A stretch of 64,000 nt of DNA from Candidatus Saccharimonadota bacterium (GTDB lineage Bacteria; Patescibacteriota; Saccharimonadia; Saccharimonadales; SLHW01): contig JAGXIU010000002.1 of assembly GCA_024635455.1 (NCBI GenBank), positions 236,309 through 300,308 on the forward strand. The letters run 5' to 3'. The number at the start of each line of letters is the position of its first letter. The stretch's first letter is position 1. Positions 1-7,755 of this stretch are shown piece after piece. Both the position numbers and the translations under genes were made by a program. The notes under the pieces were generated by a model. That model had not been told where the DNA came from. It worked only from the letters and a program-made list of their open reading frames with translations, and made no database searches.

Positions 1-479
1 GTTCCGGTAAAGAGCAGAGTATCACCATCCAAAATAGCGGTAATCTTGAAAAAGATGAAGTAGAGAAGATGGCAAAAGATGCTGAAGCGCACGCCGAAGA
101 AGATAAGAAAAAGCGGGAATCTATCGAGGCTCGAAATGTGCTCGATAGCGCAATATACCAAGCCGAGAAGCTCAAGACTGACAATAAAGATAAGATTTCT
201 GATGACGACAAAAAGGTGATTGATGAAGCCATGGAGTCAGCTAAGAAAATTCTAGATGACGAAAAATCGGACAAAGATGCGCTCGAAGCAGCGGCTAAAG
301 AGCTGCAAGAAAAGATCATGCCGATAGGTGCAAAGATGTATGAGCAGAATGAATCAGGCGACGAAGCGAAAGATGACGCAGAAAAGAAAGAGGATGATCC
401 AGTCGAAGGTGAAGTTGTTGATGACGACAAAGCCGATGAAGACAAGAAAGACTCTGATAAGAAAAAAGGCAAGAAATAG
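1..479 (+). CDS. dnaK: Chaperone DnaK (Hsp70), C-terminal part; the 5' end lies upstream of the window
   Basis: The frame is open from base 3 (SGKEQSITIQNSGNLEKDEVEKMAKDAEAHAEEDKKKRESIEARN...). It ends in an acidic/lysine-rich tail typical of DnaK, and dnaJ follows. Confidence 0.85.
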   Translation, partial: SGKEQSITIQNSGNLEKDEVEKMAKDAEAHAEEDKKKRESIEARNVLDSAIYQAEKLKTDNKDKISDDDKKVIDEAMESAKKILDDEKSDKDALEAAAKELQEKIMPIGAKMYEQNESGDEAKDDAEKKEDDPVEGEVVDDDKADEDKKDSDKKKGKK

Positions 480-498
480 CCAGGAAGCGAGCTGATAG

Positions 499-636
499 AT
501 GCAAGATGCAATAGATGATTTACGGGCGGCGCTAGATCAAATGAACCGATCACTCAAACTGATTGCTGAGCATCAAGAGCAGCAAACTAAGCTACTTGAG
601 TCGATTGACGATAAGCTTAAAGACGGTACTAACTAG
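499..636 (+). CDS. Small hypothetical ORF (45 aa, helical/charged) between dnaK and dnaJ
   Basis: ATG at 499, stop TAG at 634-636 (MQDAIDDLRAALDQMNRSLKLIAEHQEQQTKLLESIDDKLKDGTN). It is below the ORF-track cutoff and no motif was recognised. Confidence 0.2.
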   Translation: MQDAIDDLRAALDQMNRSLKLIAEHQEQQTKLLESIDDKLKDGTN

Positions 637-703
637 ACAGCTACGCGAAAATACGCTACGGTGCAGAAGATTTAAATGATATATACATACAGCAAGGTGG
701 ATT

Positions 704-1810
704 ATGTCAAAACGTGACTACTACGAGGTGCTCGGTGTTTCAAAAGACGCCAGCGCTGATGAGATTAAGAAAGCTTTTCGGAAAAAAGCGGTAGAGTATC
801 ACCCCGATCGCGGGGGTGATGAAACTAAGTTCAAAGAGGTTAATGAGGCATATGAAACGCTAAAAGATCAGACTAAGCGTCAGCGCTATGACCAGTTTGG
901 TCATGCTGGTGTTGGTGGTTCTGCTGGCGGTGGCGGCGACCCATTCGCCGGATTCGGTGGCTTTGGTCAGGGACAGGAAGCTCACTTTGACTTCGGAGAT
1001 ATGGGTTTCGGTGATATATTTAATAGTTTCTTCGGTGGTGGCGCTGGTGGCGGCAAGCAATCACGACGCAATCGTGGCCGAGACGTTGAGACAGAGCTTG
1101 AGCTTTCATTTGAAGAAGCAGTTTTCGGTACTGATGCTAGCGTTTCAATAACACTGGACGATATTTGTAGCCACTGTAAGGGCAAAACGGTTGAGCCAGG
1201 TCATGAGCTAGAGACTTGTGACGAGTGTAAAGGCACTGGGCAAACAGTGCGGGTGATGCGCACTGTATTTGGTAATATCCAACAAGCAGCAGTGTGTCCG
1301 AAATGTGAAGGTCGCGGTAAAGTACCAGAGAAAAAATGTAGCGTCTGTAGAGGAAAAGGTACCGAGTCAAAGAAGCAGAACATCGATCTAAAGATTCCAG
1401 CTGGCGTAGATGATGGTGCAACAATCCGCTTGCGAGAGCATGGTGAGGCGGTCGCCCATGGCGCGAAAGGCGATCTCTATGTAAATATCCGCGTTAAGCC
1501 GCACAAGAAGTTTACGCGTGAGGGTGACCTTATTTTAAGTGAACAACATATATCAATGGCCGACGCAGCTTTAGGAATCGAACTCAAAATAGATACGGTT
1601 GACGGTCCGATAAAGATTAAGATTCCGGCAGGTACTCAGTCTGGTACTGACTTTAAACTGTCAAATCACGGTGTTCCTCACCTAAAGAAAGAGACACGCG
1701 GGCCACACATCGTGACAATCCATGTAGATACGCCAACTAAGCTGAGCCGAAAGCAGAAGGACCTGCTTAAGTCGTTTCAAGATTCTGGTAAGTCATCCCT
1801 GTTTAGTTGA
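704..1810 (+). CDS. dnaJ: Co-chaperone DnaJ
   Basis: J-domain with HPD (YYEVLGVSKDAS...YHPDR), a G/F-rich linker and four CxxCxGxG zinc-finger repeats. Confidence 0.95.
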   Translation: MSKRDYYEVLGVSKDASADEIKKAFRKKAVEYHPDRGGDETKFKEVNEAYETLKDQTKRQRYDQFGHAGVGGSAGGGGDPFAGFGGFGQGQEAHFDFGDMGFGDIFNSFFGGGAGGGKQSRRNRGRDVETELELSFEEAVFGTDASVSITLDDICSHCKGKTVEPGHELETCDECKGTGQTVRVMRTVFGNIQQAAVCPKCEGRGKVPEKKCSVCRGKGTESKKQNIDLKIPAGVDDGATIRLREHGEAVAHGAKGDLYVNIRVKPHKKFTREGDLILSEQHISMADAALGIELKIDTVDGPIKIKIPAGTQSGTDFKLSNHGVPHLKKETRGPHIVTIHVDTPTKLSRKQKDLLKSFQDSGKSSLFS

Positions 1811-1841
1811 TAATAAATAAATAGGAATTTATTGCCAGGCG

Positions 1842-2050
1842 TGGTAAAATATGAGTGGACGAGAAGAATCGTCAGAACATCATAAATTAATCTGCATATT
1901 CATGTAGTGTAGGCATTGATCTCTAGGACCGTATTTGGTCGCTTGGTCTTAGAGGGAGTCAGTAGCGAAACCGGACACTGCACTCTTGTTTACATAGAGT
2001 GTCGCACTAGTTGTCCCCTTCGCGCGTAAGCGTTAAGGGGATTTTTTTAT
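1842..2050 (+). promoter_or_regulatory. Candidate leader or small RNA: extended -10 box, about 190 nt of structured sequence, then an intrinsic terminator just before the CAP-domain gene
   Basis: TGGTAAAAT at 1842-1850. Hairpins include CACTCT/AGAGTG. Terminator hairpin CCCCTT..AAGGGG at 2015-2040 is followed by a T-run at 2042-2048. Confidence 0.3.
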
Positions 2051-2110
2051 GTGAGGCGCACTACGTGGATGTTGCACCGTCCCGTTCTGGAAAACGGGGG
2101 AGGTCACACC

Positions 2111-2794
2111 ATGCGTAGTACGTCATTTTTATGTCGCATCTGGCAAGGTCTGTTCAGCACCATTTTGCTTACAAGCTTAATGCTAGTTAGTAGTGTATCT
2201 GTTCAGGCTGCACCTATAACACAACAACAAACAGTAGTCAGTACAAACCAAGAACGTGAAAGCGCTTCTTTGGATGAGTTTATTGTCGACGAGCGCTTGA
2301 ATCAGTCTGCTCAGCAGAAAGCAGAACATATGCTAGCTAACAACTACTGGAGTCACGATGCGCCGAACGGTACAACACCATGGGTATTTATTGAGCAAGC
2401 AGGGGTAGAATACGAGATGGCTGGCGAAAACTTAGCACGAGGTTTCTACCAAGTAGAGTCAATGGTAGAGGCATGGATGGCTAGCCCAATGCATCGAGCT
2501 AATGTTCTAAATCAATCGTTTACTCACATCGGTATTGGTGTGGCCACCGGGACTTTAGAGGGCATTGAAACAACAGTCGTGGTAGCGCATTATGCACGGC
2601 TAGTAAGCCCAGTGGTGCGTCCAGTAGCACGTCCAGCCAAAACAGAGGAGCGTGCTGCTGTATCAGTTGATACAGTCAAGACTGTTAAACCGAATATATT
2701 CGAGTCCATTGGACAAAGAGTTTATCGTGGTTGGCAACGATTACTTATCGTGGCTCATTCTGTTGTCCAGCCAGCACAAAAGTTACTGACATAG
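2111..2794 (+). CDS. Secreted CAP/SCP (YkwD-like) domain protein
   Basis: RBS GGGGGAGG lies before the ATG at 2111. Signal-like N-terminus (MRSTSFLCRIWQGLFSTILLTSLMLVSSVSVQA). CAP motifs NNYWSHD...GENLA...AWMASPMHRANVL...THIGIGV. Confidence 0.75.
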   Translation: MRSTSFLCRIWQGLFSTILLTSLMLVSSVSVQAAPITQQQTVVSTNQERESASLDEFIVDERLNQSAQQKAEHMLANNYWSHDAPNGTTPWVFIEQAGVEYEMAGENLARGFYQVESMVEAWMASPMHRANVLNQSFTHIGIGVATGTLEGIETTVVVAHYARLVSPVVRPVARPAKTEERAAVSVDTVKTVKPNIFESIGQRVYRGWQRLLIVAHSVVQPAQKLLT

Positions 2795-2827
2795 TTTTGC
2801 AATAAGCGTTATAATTAAGTACGTAAT

Positions 2828-2941
2828 ATGCAACAGTCGCCTCAATCCGGATTCGTTTTACTGATAGCGAGCCTCGTGCTGCTCTTGGTGGCATTCATTG
2901 TCTTGGTTCTACACAGGCTGCACAACGTGCCTATATATTGA
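2828..2941 (+). CDS. Small hydrophobic ORF (37 aa), possible membrane peptide
   Basis: MQQSPQSGFVLLIASLVLLLVAFIVLVLHRLHNVPIY contains a single TM-like stretch. It is below the ORF-track cutoff. Confidence 0.25.
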   Translation: MQQSPQSGFVLLIASLVLLLVAFIVLVLHRLHNVPIY

Positions 2942-2989
2942 CAATTTGCACGAATAATGCTAATATAGTACCATTCGGGTCATCTACAC

Positions 2990-3412
2990 ATGAGTAAAGA
3001 TACACATCAGAAAATACTTGCTGCCTTTGAGGAAATTACTTTTCCTGAGTTTGACATGAACCACGTTAAGGCTAAGATCGACACTGGTGCGTATTCTGGC
3101 GCCATTCATTGTACTCGTATTCACGAAGAGCAAGAGGATGGTACCGGTGTTTTGTATTTTTCACCGTTTGATCATCCTGAACTGATAAAGAAGACGACTG
3201 CATACAAAAAACGCATGGTCCGTAGCTCTAACGGCACTACTCAGCTGCGGTATTTTATCGATACGCGCATTATTATTAAGGGAGTTGAATACCCGATTCA
3301 CATTAGCCTTGCTGACAGAAGCGAAATGCGTTGGCCGGTGCTTATTGGGCGACGGTTCTTGAAGGCGAACCAGTTTTTAGTTGACGTTCGTAGTCACTCT
3401 CACGTATCGTAA
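2990..3412 (+). CDS. RimK-associated retropepsin-like / 'ATP-dependent zinc protease' family protein
   Basis: KAKIDTGAYSGAIHC ... VRSSNG ... MRWPVLIGRRFL..FLVD pattern. It sits immediately upstream of rimK. Confidence 0.65.
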   Translation: MSKDTHQKILAAFEEITFPEFDMNHVKAKIDTGAYSGAIHCTRIHEEQEDGTGVLYFSPFDHPELIKKTTAYKKRMVRSSNGTTQLRYFIDTRIIIKGVEYPIHISLADRSEMRWPVLIGRRFLKANQFLVDVRSHSHVS

Positions 3413-3434
3413 GCGAGTTAGAAAGGTTATACAT

Positions 3435-4349
3435 ATGAAGATAGTTATTTTATCCAAAGGTCCCGGCAATGTCTCTACGAAGCGAATGGTTTCGGTCGCA
3501 AAAGAGCGAGGGCATGATGTTGAGGTAATCGATTACTTGCGCTGTTACGCCAGTATTGAGAAGAACAACCCATTAGTGAGCGTTGATGGGGTAGATTTGA
3601 ACAATATTGACGCAATCGTGCCACGAATCGGTAGTTCATTTACTCGTTATGGAAGTGCAATTGTACGCCAGTTTGAGATGCAAGGTGTATTCACTACTAC
3701 TAGCTCGATAGCACTGGTTCGCTCACGCGATAAGCTGCGCAGTATGCAATTGTTGGCACGGGCTGGGGTAGGTATCCCAAAGACAGTATTCTCTCGTGGT
3801 ATGAACACCAACGTCGAAGATCTACTTGAAGACCTCGGCGGTATGCCAGTGGTAATCAAGCTGGCGCGTGGTACGCACGGAAATGGTGTCGTTCTGGCGC
3901 AGACGAAGAAAGCAGCCAAATCAGTGCTGCAGGCCTTCTATCTTATGGACGACGACGGGACCAACATCTTATTGCAAGAATTCATCGAAGAGGCATCGGG
4001 CACAGATATCAGAGCCTTTGTGGTTGGCGGAAAGGTTGTCGCTAGCATGCAACGAAAGAGTTTGGACGATGACTTTCGTTCCAATCTCCATCAAGGTGGC
4101 TCTGGTACACCAGTTAAATTGACAGATGAAGAGAGAAAAACTGCTCAGAAAGCAGCTCGTTCTATGGGGCTATCATTGTGTGGTGTAGACATGATGCGCT
4201 CCGATCGTGGCCCGCTCGTACTTGAGGTAAATGCGAGCCCAGGGTTTGCTATTGAGGAAGTCACCGGACGAGATGTCGCTGGCAGAATCATTGACTACAT
4301 TGAGTTAAATGCGAAAGGCAAACGGCGACGCGACCGTGTGGGTGCATAA
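3435..4349 (+). CDS. rimK: ATP-grasp ribosomal protein S6 glutamate ligase RimK family
   Basis: MKIVILS start. ATP-grasp motifs (PVVIKLARGTHGNGV, LLQEFIEE, GVDMMRS...LVLEVNASPG). Confidence 0.85.
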   Translation: MKIVILSKGPGNVSTKRMVSVAKERGHDVEVIDYLRCYASIEKNNPLVSVDGVDLNNIDAIVPRIGSSFTRYGSAIVRQFEMQGVFTTTSSIALVRSRDKLRSMQLLARAGVGIPKTVFSRGMNTNVEDLLEDLGGMPVVIKLARGTHGNGVVLAQTKKAAKSVLQAFYLMDDDGTNILLQEFIEEASGTDIRAFVVGGKVVASMQRKSLDDDFRSNLHQGGSGTPVKLTDEERKTAQKAARSMGLSLCGVDMMRSDRGPLVLEVNASPGFAIEEVTGRDVAGRIIDYIELNAKGKRRRDRVGA

Positions 4350-4812
4350 GCGGGGAGTATTTTTATTTTCGTTTGCCATTTTGTTTTTATTTGTGCTCGT
4401 ATTTTTTACGCCTTCTGATGAGCCAAATGAACAAATAATCTCAGGTACTATTACGGATACCTGTACGCCGATAGGTGAGCAGAACAGGTGTATACAGCTA
4501 GAATCAGTCGAAAGCGCTGAAGAGCGCCGTCGTGGGTTGTCGGGTCGTGAGCAGTTGGCGGTGGATGCTGGTATGTTGTTTGACTTTGGCGTCGAGGATA
4601 CTCGATGTATGTGGATGCCAGACATGAACTTTTCTATCGATATTGTTTGGCTGAACGAACAAGCACAGATAGTTGATGTTATGAGTGATATTGCGCCAGA
4701 AACATACCCTAAATCGTTCTGTGGTGCTGAGCCAGCTCGTTATGTCATTGAGTTAAACGCTGGTGTCGCTGAGTCAGCTGGTGTTGAACCCGGGCAGCGT
4801 CTAGAACTCTAA
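4309..4812 (+). CDS. DUF192 domain protein with N-terminal TM segment (start uncertain; overlaps the rimK end)
   Basis: RRRGLSGRE...GMLFDF...CMWMPDMNFSIDIVWL...YVIELNAG resembles DUF192. A GTG at 4336 or 4342 is an alternative start. Confidence 0.6.
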   Translation: MRKANGDATVWVHKRGVFLFSFAILFLFVLVFFTPSDEPNEQIISGTITDTCTPIGEQNRCIQLESVESAEERRRGLSGREQLAVDAGMLFDFGVEDTRCMWMPDMNFSIDIVWLNEQAQIVDVMSDIAPETYPKSFCGAEPARYVIELNAGVAESAGVEPGQRLEL

Positions 4813-4834
4813 CTTCTTATGGTAAGATGAGGCA

Positions 4835-5314
4835 ATGGAAGCGTACGTAATACTCGGCTTTTTGTTTGGCTTTCCACTACTGATTGGTGGGCTATTTCGT
4901 GTGAACACTTCGCATCTATTCGTAAGCATATTAGCTGCTGAGATATTAGAACGTTATTTTGCAGATGAAGCTATCTTAGTGCTGACGCCTTTTATCTCAA
5001 GTGATATTGCATTAGGCTACGTTGGTTTTGCGATGCTTATTTTGCCAGTAGTATTAACAGGCATATTTCTGCACGGTAGTTTGAGTAGGGCAAAAACGTT
5101 ACTACATTTCGTGCCGTTTATATTATCAGGCATTGTGTTTTCTGCCTTTGCAGCACCCATATTACCAGAGGCGATTAAGCTAGAAATTTCCAGCATTCAG
5201 GTTGGCGAAATATTATTAGATTCTGCGCAGTTTATCGTTGGTGTAACCGTTCTACTCCAGTTATTTACTCTGTGGTTTTTAACTAAATCAAAAAAAGAAG
5301 GCAAGAGAAAGTGA
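4835..5314 (+). CDS. Hypothetical multi-pass membrane protein
   Basis: 159 aa with 4-5 hydrophobic segments. No motif recognised. Confidence 0.5.
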   Translation: MEAYVILGFLFGFPLLIGGLFRVNTSHLFVSILAAEILERYFADEAILVLTPFISSDIALGYVGFAMLILPVVLTGIFLHGSLSRAKTLLHFVPFILSGIVFSAFAAPILPEAIKLEISSIQVGEILLDSAQFIVGVTVLLQLFTLWFLTKSKKEGKRK

Positions 5315-5457
5315 TATAACAGATAGACGCGGTTGACTTTTCTCTGAAATTATCGATAATGTGAGGGGTTATTTGACAATTTTTTATGGTTTTCCAGGCC
5401 TGTGTGCTCGGATGATATTCGAGGCAGTAAAGTATATCGTCGAAAGCATAGGCCTGG

Positions 5458-5534
5458 GGGTCCATAGCTCAGCTGGTTAGAGCACCTGCCTTTTAAGCAG
5501 GGTGTCGTGGGTTCGAGCCCCACTGGACCCTCCA
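5458..5534 (+). tRNA. tRNA-Lys (anticodon UUU), CCA encoded
   Basis: Cloverleaf read by hand: GGGTCCA TA GCTC AGCTGGTTA GAGC A CCTGC CTTTTAA GCAGG GTGTC GTGGG TTCGAGC CCCAC TGGACCC T CCA. Confidence 0.95.
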
Positions 5535-5574
5535 AAGAAAAAACAGTCACACTGCGTGACTGTTTTTTCTTTGG
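5535..5574 (+). terminator. Intrinsic terminator whose stem begins with the tRNA CCA
   Basis: CCAAAGAAAAAACAGTCAC ACTGC GTGACTGTTTTTTCTTTGG. Confidence 0.8.
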
Positions 5575-5575
5575 A

Positions 5576-5827
5576 CTGATCTAATGGCTCGAACCCACGA
5601 CAGAGATTCGCCGATAAGGCGAAGATGTAGGTCGTGTGTTCGTGGAGCGACGCAGCGAGAAAATAAGCGCGTAGCATTTATTTCGAGCAAGGAAGTGGAT
5701 ATAACAAGCCCGTCACAAGCGGGCGCGTGCTGACCCACTGGCAATTTTGTAAGCGGCCAACTCTTGCGAACTTGTTTGCAAAGATGTTGCGACGGGGTCG
5801 CGGAGCGTGACCGAGCGCCACTGGACC
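5576..5827 (+). repeat. T-arm-mimic structured module, copy Lys(UUU)-1 (longest copy)
   Basis: GGCTCGAACCCACGACA (5586-5602) is the reverse complement of 17 nt of the adjacent tRNA T-arm. It pairs with GTCGTGTGTTCG (5631-5642) around the inner hairpin TTCGCC GATAA GGCGAA. TGGAGCGA and a CGCAG..CGAG box follow. Homologous to 52275-52401, 32461-32605 (minus) and 43696-43823 (minus). Confidence 0.6.
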
Positions 5828-5844
5828 CTCCAATAAAAATGCTT
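5828..5844 (+). repeat. Direct repeat of the tRNA-Lys(UUU) 3' end (displaced att-like fragment)
   Basis: CCACTGGACCCTCCAA is identical to 5519-5534 plus the next base. It is followed by the hairpin CCAATAAAAAT...ATTTTTATTGG. Confidence 0.9.
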
Positions 5845-5955
5845 CATATTGTATGTGGTATTTTTATTGGAGAGAACCAAGGAGTAAACTTAATTTTAGA
5901 AAGTAGCCACGTTTTTGTGAAGCTATTATCGATACGAGCCGCTAATCGCCAGAAG

Positions 5956-6666
5956 TTATGTTTTGTATATTTCTTCTATTTCAATTGACTCAATAACGTG
6001 AAGCAACTCCTTGTAGTCGGCCGAGTCTTTGAATGACTCAAGAAAACCTTTGCCCGTATCGCCCCAATAGTCATTATTTATATCGAATTCAGTGTATGCA
6101 CCCAATTCAGCGATTAAGACATTTGAGTTATCGAGCACGATACCGTTTTTAAAATCATTGCTACCAACAGTAACATCGGGGTCATTACTTAGGTAAAAGG
6201 CGGAAAAACGAGAAGATGATGTCGTATCTTCCTGCATTGCGAACACTACCTTCGCATCTGGATAGTGAATGTTGTTAATCGGTATAATATCAGACACGGA
6301 ACATGTCCAAGCCTCACCCGTATCCTCATTGCTGCCAGCACACATTGGTTGCTCAAAATCTGGCTGCGTTGCTCGCATGAACCGTAGCACAAGAGCATTC
6401 TGATCATGAAAGCCGGTAACCGTAATACTGTTCGTGGAACCATAGTTCGCTAGCGCAAGAGACGCGGGAAAATAAAAACTAAAGTAATTATTGCTATATT
6501 TTGTAATCTGATCTTCTGAGTTAGTGCTATTCTCGAGAGCAGTGTTTTCGGTGACTGTCTTAGTGTCTTCAGCTGTGTAAACTCTGTATCCCGCAAAACT
6601 TACAACAACGACTATGATGACCGCGAGAATGAGTAAATAAGAGAATCCTTGATTATTTAGACGCAT
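5956..6666 (-). CDS. Hypothetical membrane-anchored protein
   Basis: 236 aa with an N-terminal TM segment (FSYLLILAVIIVVVVSFAGY). No motif recognised. It lies between two tRNA-Lys 3' remnants. Confidence 0.55.
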   Translation of the reverse strand: MRLNNQGFSYLLILAVIIVVVVSFAGYRVYTAEDTKTVTENTALENSTNSEDQITKYSNNYFSFYFPASLALANYGSTNSITVTGFHDQNALVLRFMRATQPDFEQPMCAGSNEDTGEAWTCSVSDIIPINNIHYPDAKVVFAMQEDTTSSSRFSAFYLSNDPDVTVGSNDFKNGIVLDNSNVLIAELGAYTEFDINNDYWGDTGKGFLESFKDSADYKELLHVIESIEIEEIYKT

Positions 6667-6827
6667 GATGCTTCTTTCTTTTTGATTATATTGATCTTAG
6701 AACAGAGTGTTTGGGCTGATAAGGTGGTAAACCACATAGAGCCTCCTAAGCGTTAAGTATAGTATTAATGATACAACTCAACAAGAAATGCTTCGGCTCA
6801 GCTGTAAAGTAAGTTGTCATAATTTTG

Positions 6828-6948
6828 TGGCTCAAACTCACGACACGAGCTACCAAAGGTGGTGTCCGGGTTATGCCTGAAGCTAAAATCAAGGCACAAG
6901 TCACGCCACTCGTAGTTTTAGCGAAGGACGATTACTTCACTGGACCCT
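6828..6948 (+). repeat. Decayed T-arm-mimic module plus second tRNA-Lys(UUU) 3' remnant
   Basis: TGGCTCAAACTCACGACAC (6828-6846) pairs with GGTGTCCGGGTT (6861-6872). CACTGGACCCT (6938-6948) matches the tRNA 3' end. Confidence 0.45.
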
Positions 6949-6966
6949 TCATACCCCTAATGCCTG

Positions 6967-7002
6967 AAACAGAGGTAAATCGCCTCTGTTTTTTGGTACA
7001 CT
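6967..7002 (+). promoter_or_regulatory. Cassette junction: terminator hairpin plus extended -10 box 6 nt before the ATG
   Basis: AAACAGAGG TAAATCG CCTCTGTTTTTT, then TGGTACACT, 6 nt, ATG at 7009. The same junction sequence is seen at 53408-53466, 54187-54245 and 55597-55653. Confidence 0.5.
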
Positions 7003-7008
7003 AATACT

Positions 7009-7632
7009 ATGTCAACGATAAAGAACTATATTGCGAACTCAACTGGTGAATTAGATAACCTAGTTGAAATGATCGATAGATCATTAAGTAGGGTAATCCC
7101 AGTTGCCCAGAAGGAATTGGAAGCTGATAAGATAGACATCATTTTTATTTCAGCAGCTGGTTTAGCTATTCCAGAATACGGTATGGGGGGTAATTCTCCT
7201 GGGCCAAACCATCTGTATGTTTCGTTTGACCCCAACTCGGATAAAATCACAATAGACAAATTAGACGAAACGCTATTTCACGAAATTCACCATTGTATGA
7301 GATGGCGCGATCCTGGCTACGGAGAAACTTTAGGTGAAGCGATGATTTCAGAAGGCATAGCTTGCTTATACGAAGAAGAGCACAGTGGTAAAGCACCAAT
7401 CTATGCCAAAGTCGGTCTAAAGGCAGACCAATTGGTTAAAGCAAAAAAACTGATTAAAACCAAAACATATAATCATAGTGAGTGGTTTTTTGGCGCTAAA
7501 AACATAGATAGATGGTTTGGATATAGCTTAGGTTATAAAATCTGTAAAGAACACTCACTCATAACAGGCAAGAAAGCTTCGGAACTAGTACATACTTCAG
7601 CACAAGAAATATTACGTACTAGTTATAAATAA
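7009..7632 (+). CDS. Putative zinc metalloprotease-like protein (HExxH; DUF2268-like)
   Basis: The HEIHH motif in LFHEIHHCMRW. No SD; appears leaderless. Confidence 0.45.
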   Translation: MSTIKNYIANSTGELDNLVEMIDRSLSRVIPVAQKELEADKIDIIFISAAGLAIPEYGMGGNSPGPNHLYVSFDPNSDKITIDKLDETLFHEIHHCMRWRDPGYGETLGEAMISEGIACLYEEEHSGKAPIYAKVGLKADQLVKAKKLIKTKTYNHSEWFFGAKNIDRWFGYSLGYKICKEHSLITGKKASELVHTSAQEILRTSYK

Positions 7633-7755
7633 CCCCTTGTTAGTACGTAATTTTGTTACGTCAACGAGATACATACATGCTTTAAAGATAAGAAGCCATA
7701 CAAGGTGACTTCTTTTCTTTGAGGAGGGGCGTGCGTGCCGCTAATCAAACTTTTG

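Noticed and set aside
860-1424. Several 60-95 aa ORFs on both strands inside dnaJ (860-1060, 888-1151, 982-1185, 1137-1424, 1201-1383)
   Set aside because: They lie entirely within the well-supported dnaJ frame. The G-rich repeat region gives open alternative frames. No motifs or start signals were found.
2051-2110. Upstream start of the CAP-domain ORF
   Set aside because: It would begin inside the terminator T-run. The ATG at 2111 has an RBS and a signal-peptide-like N-terminus.
5350-5988. ORFs 5350-5550, 5477-5677, 5547-5744 (minus) and 5764-5988 (plus)
   Set aside because: They run through tRNA-Lys(UUU), its terminator and the structured module. The region is better explained as RNA or repeat sequence.
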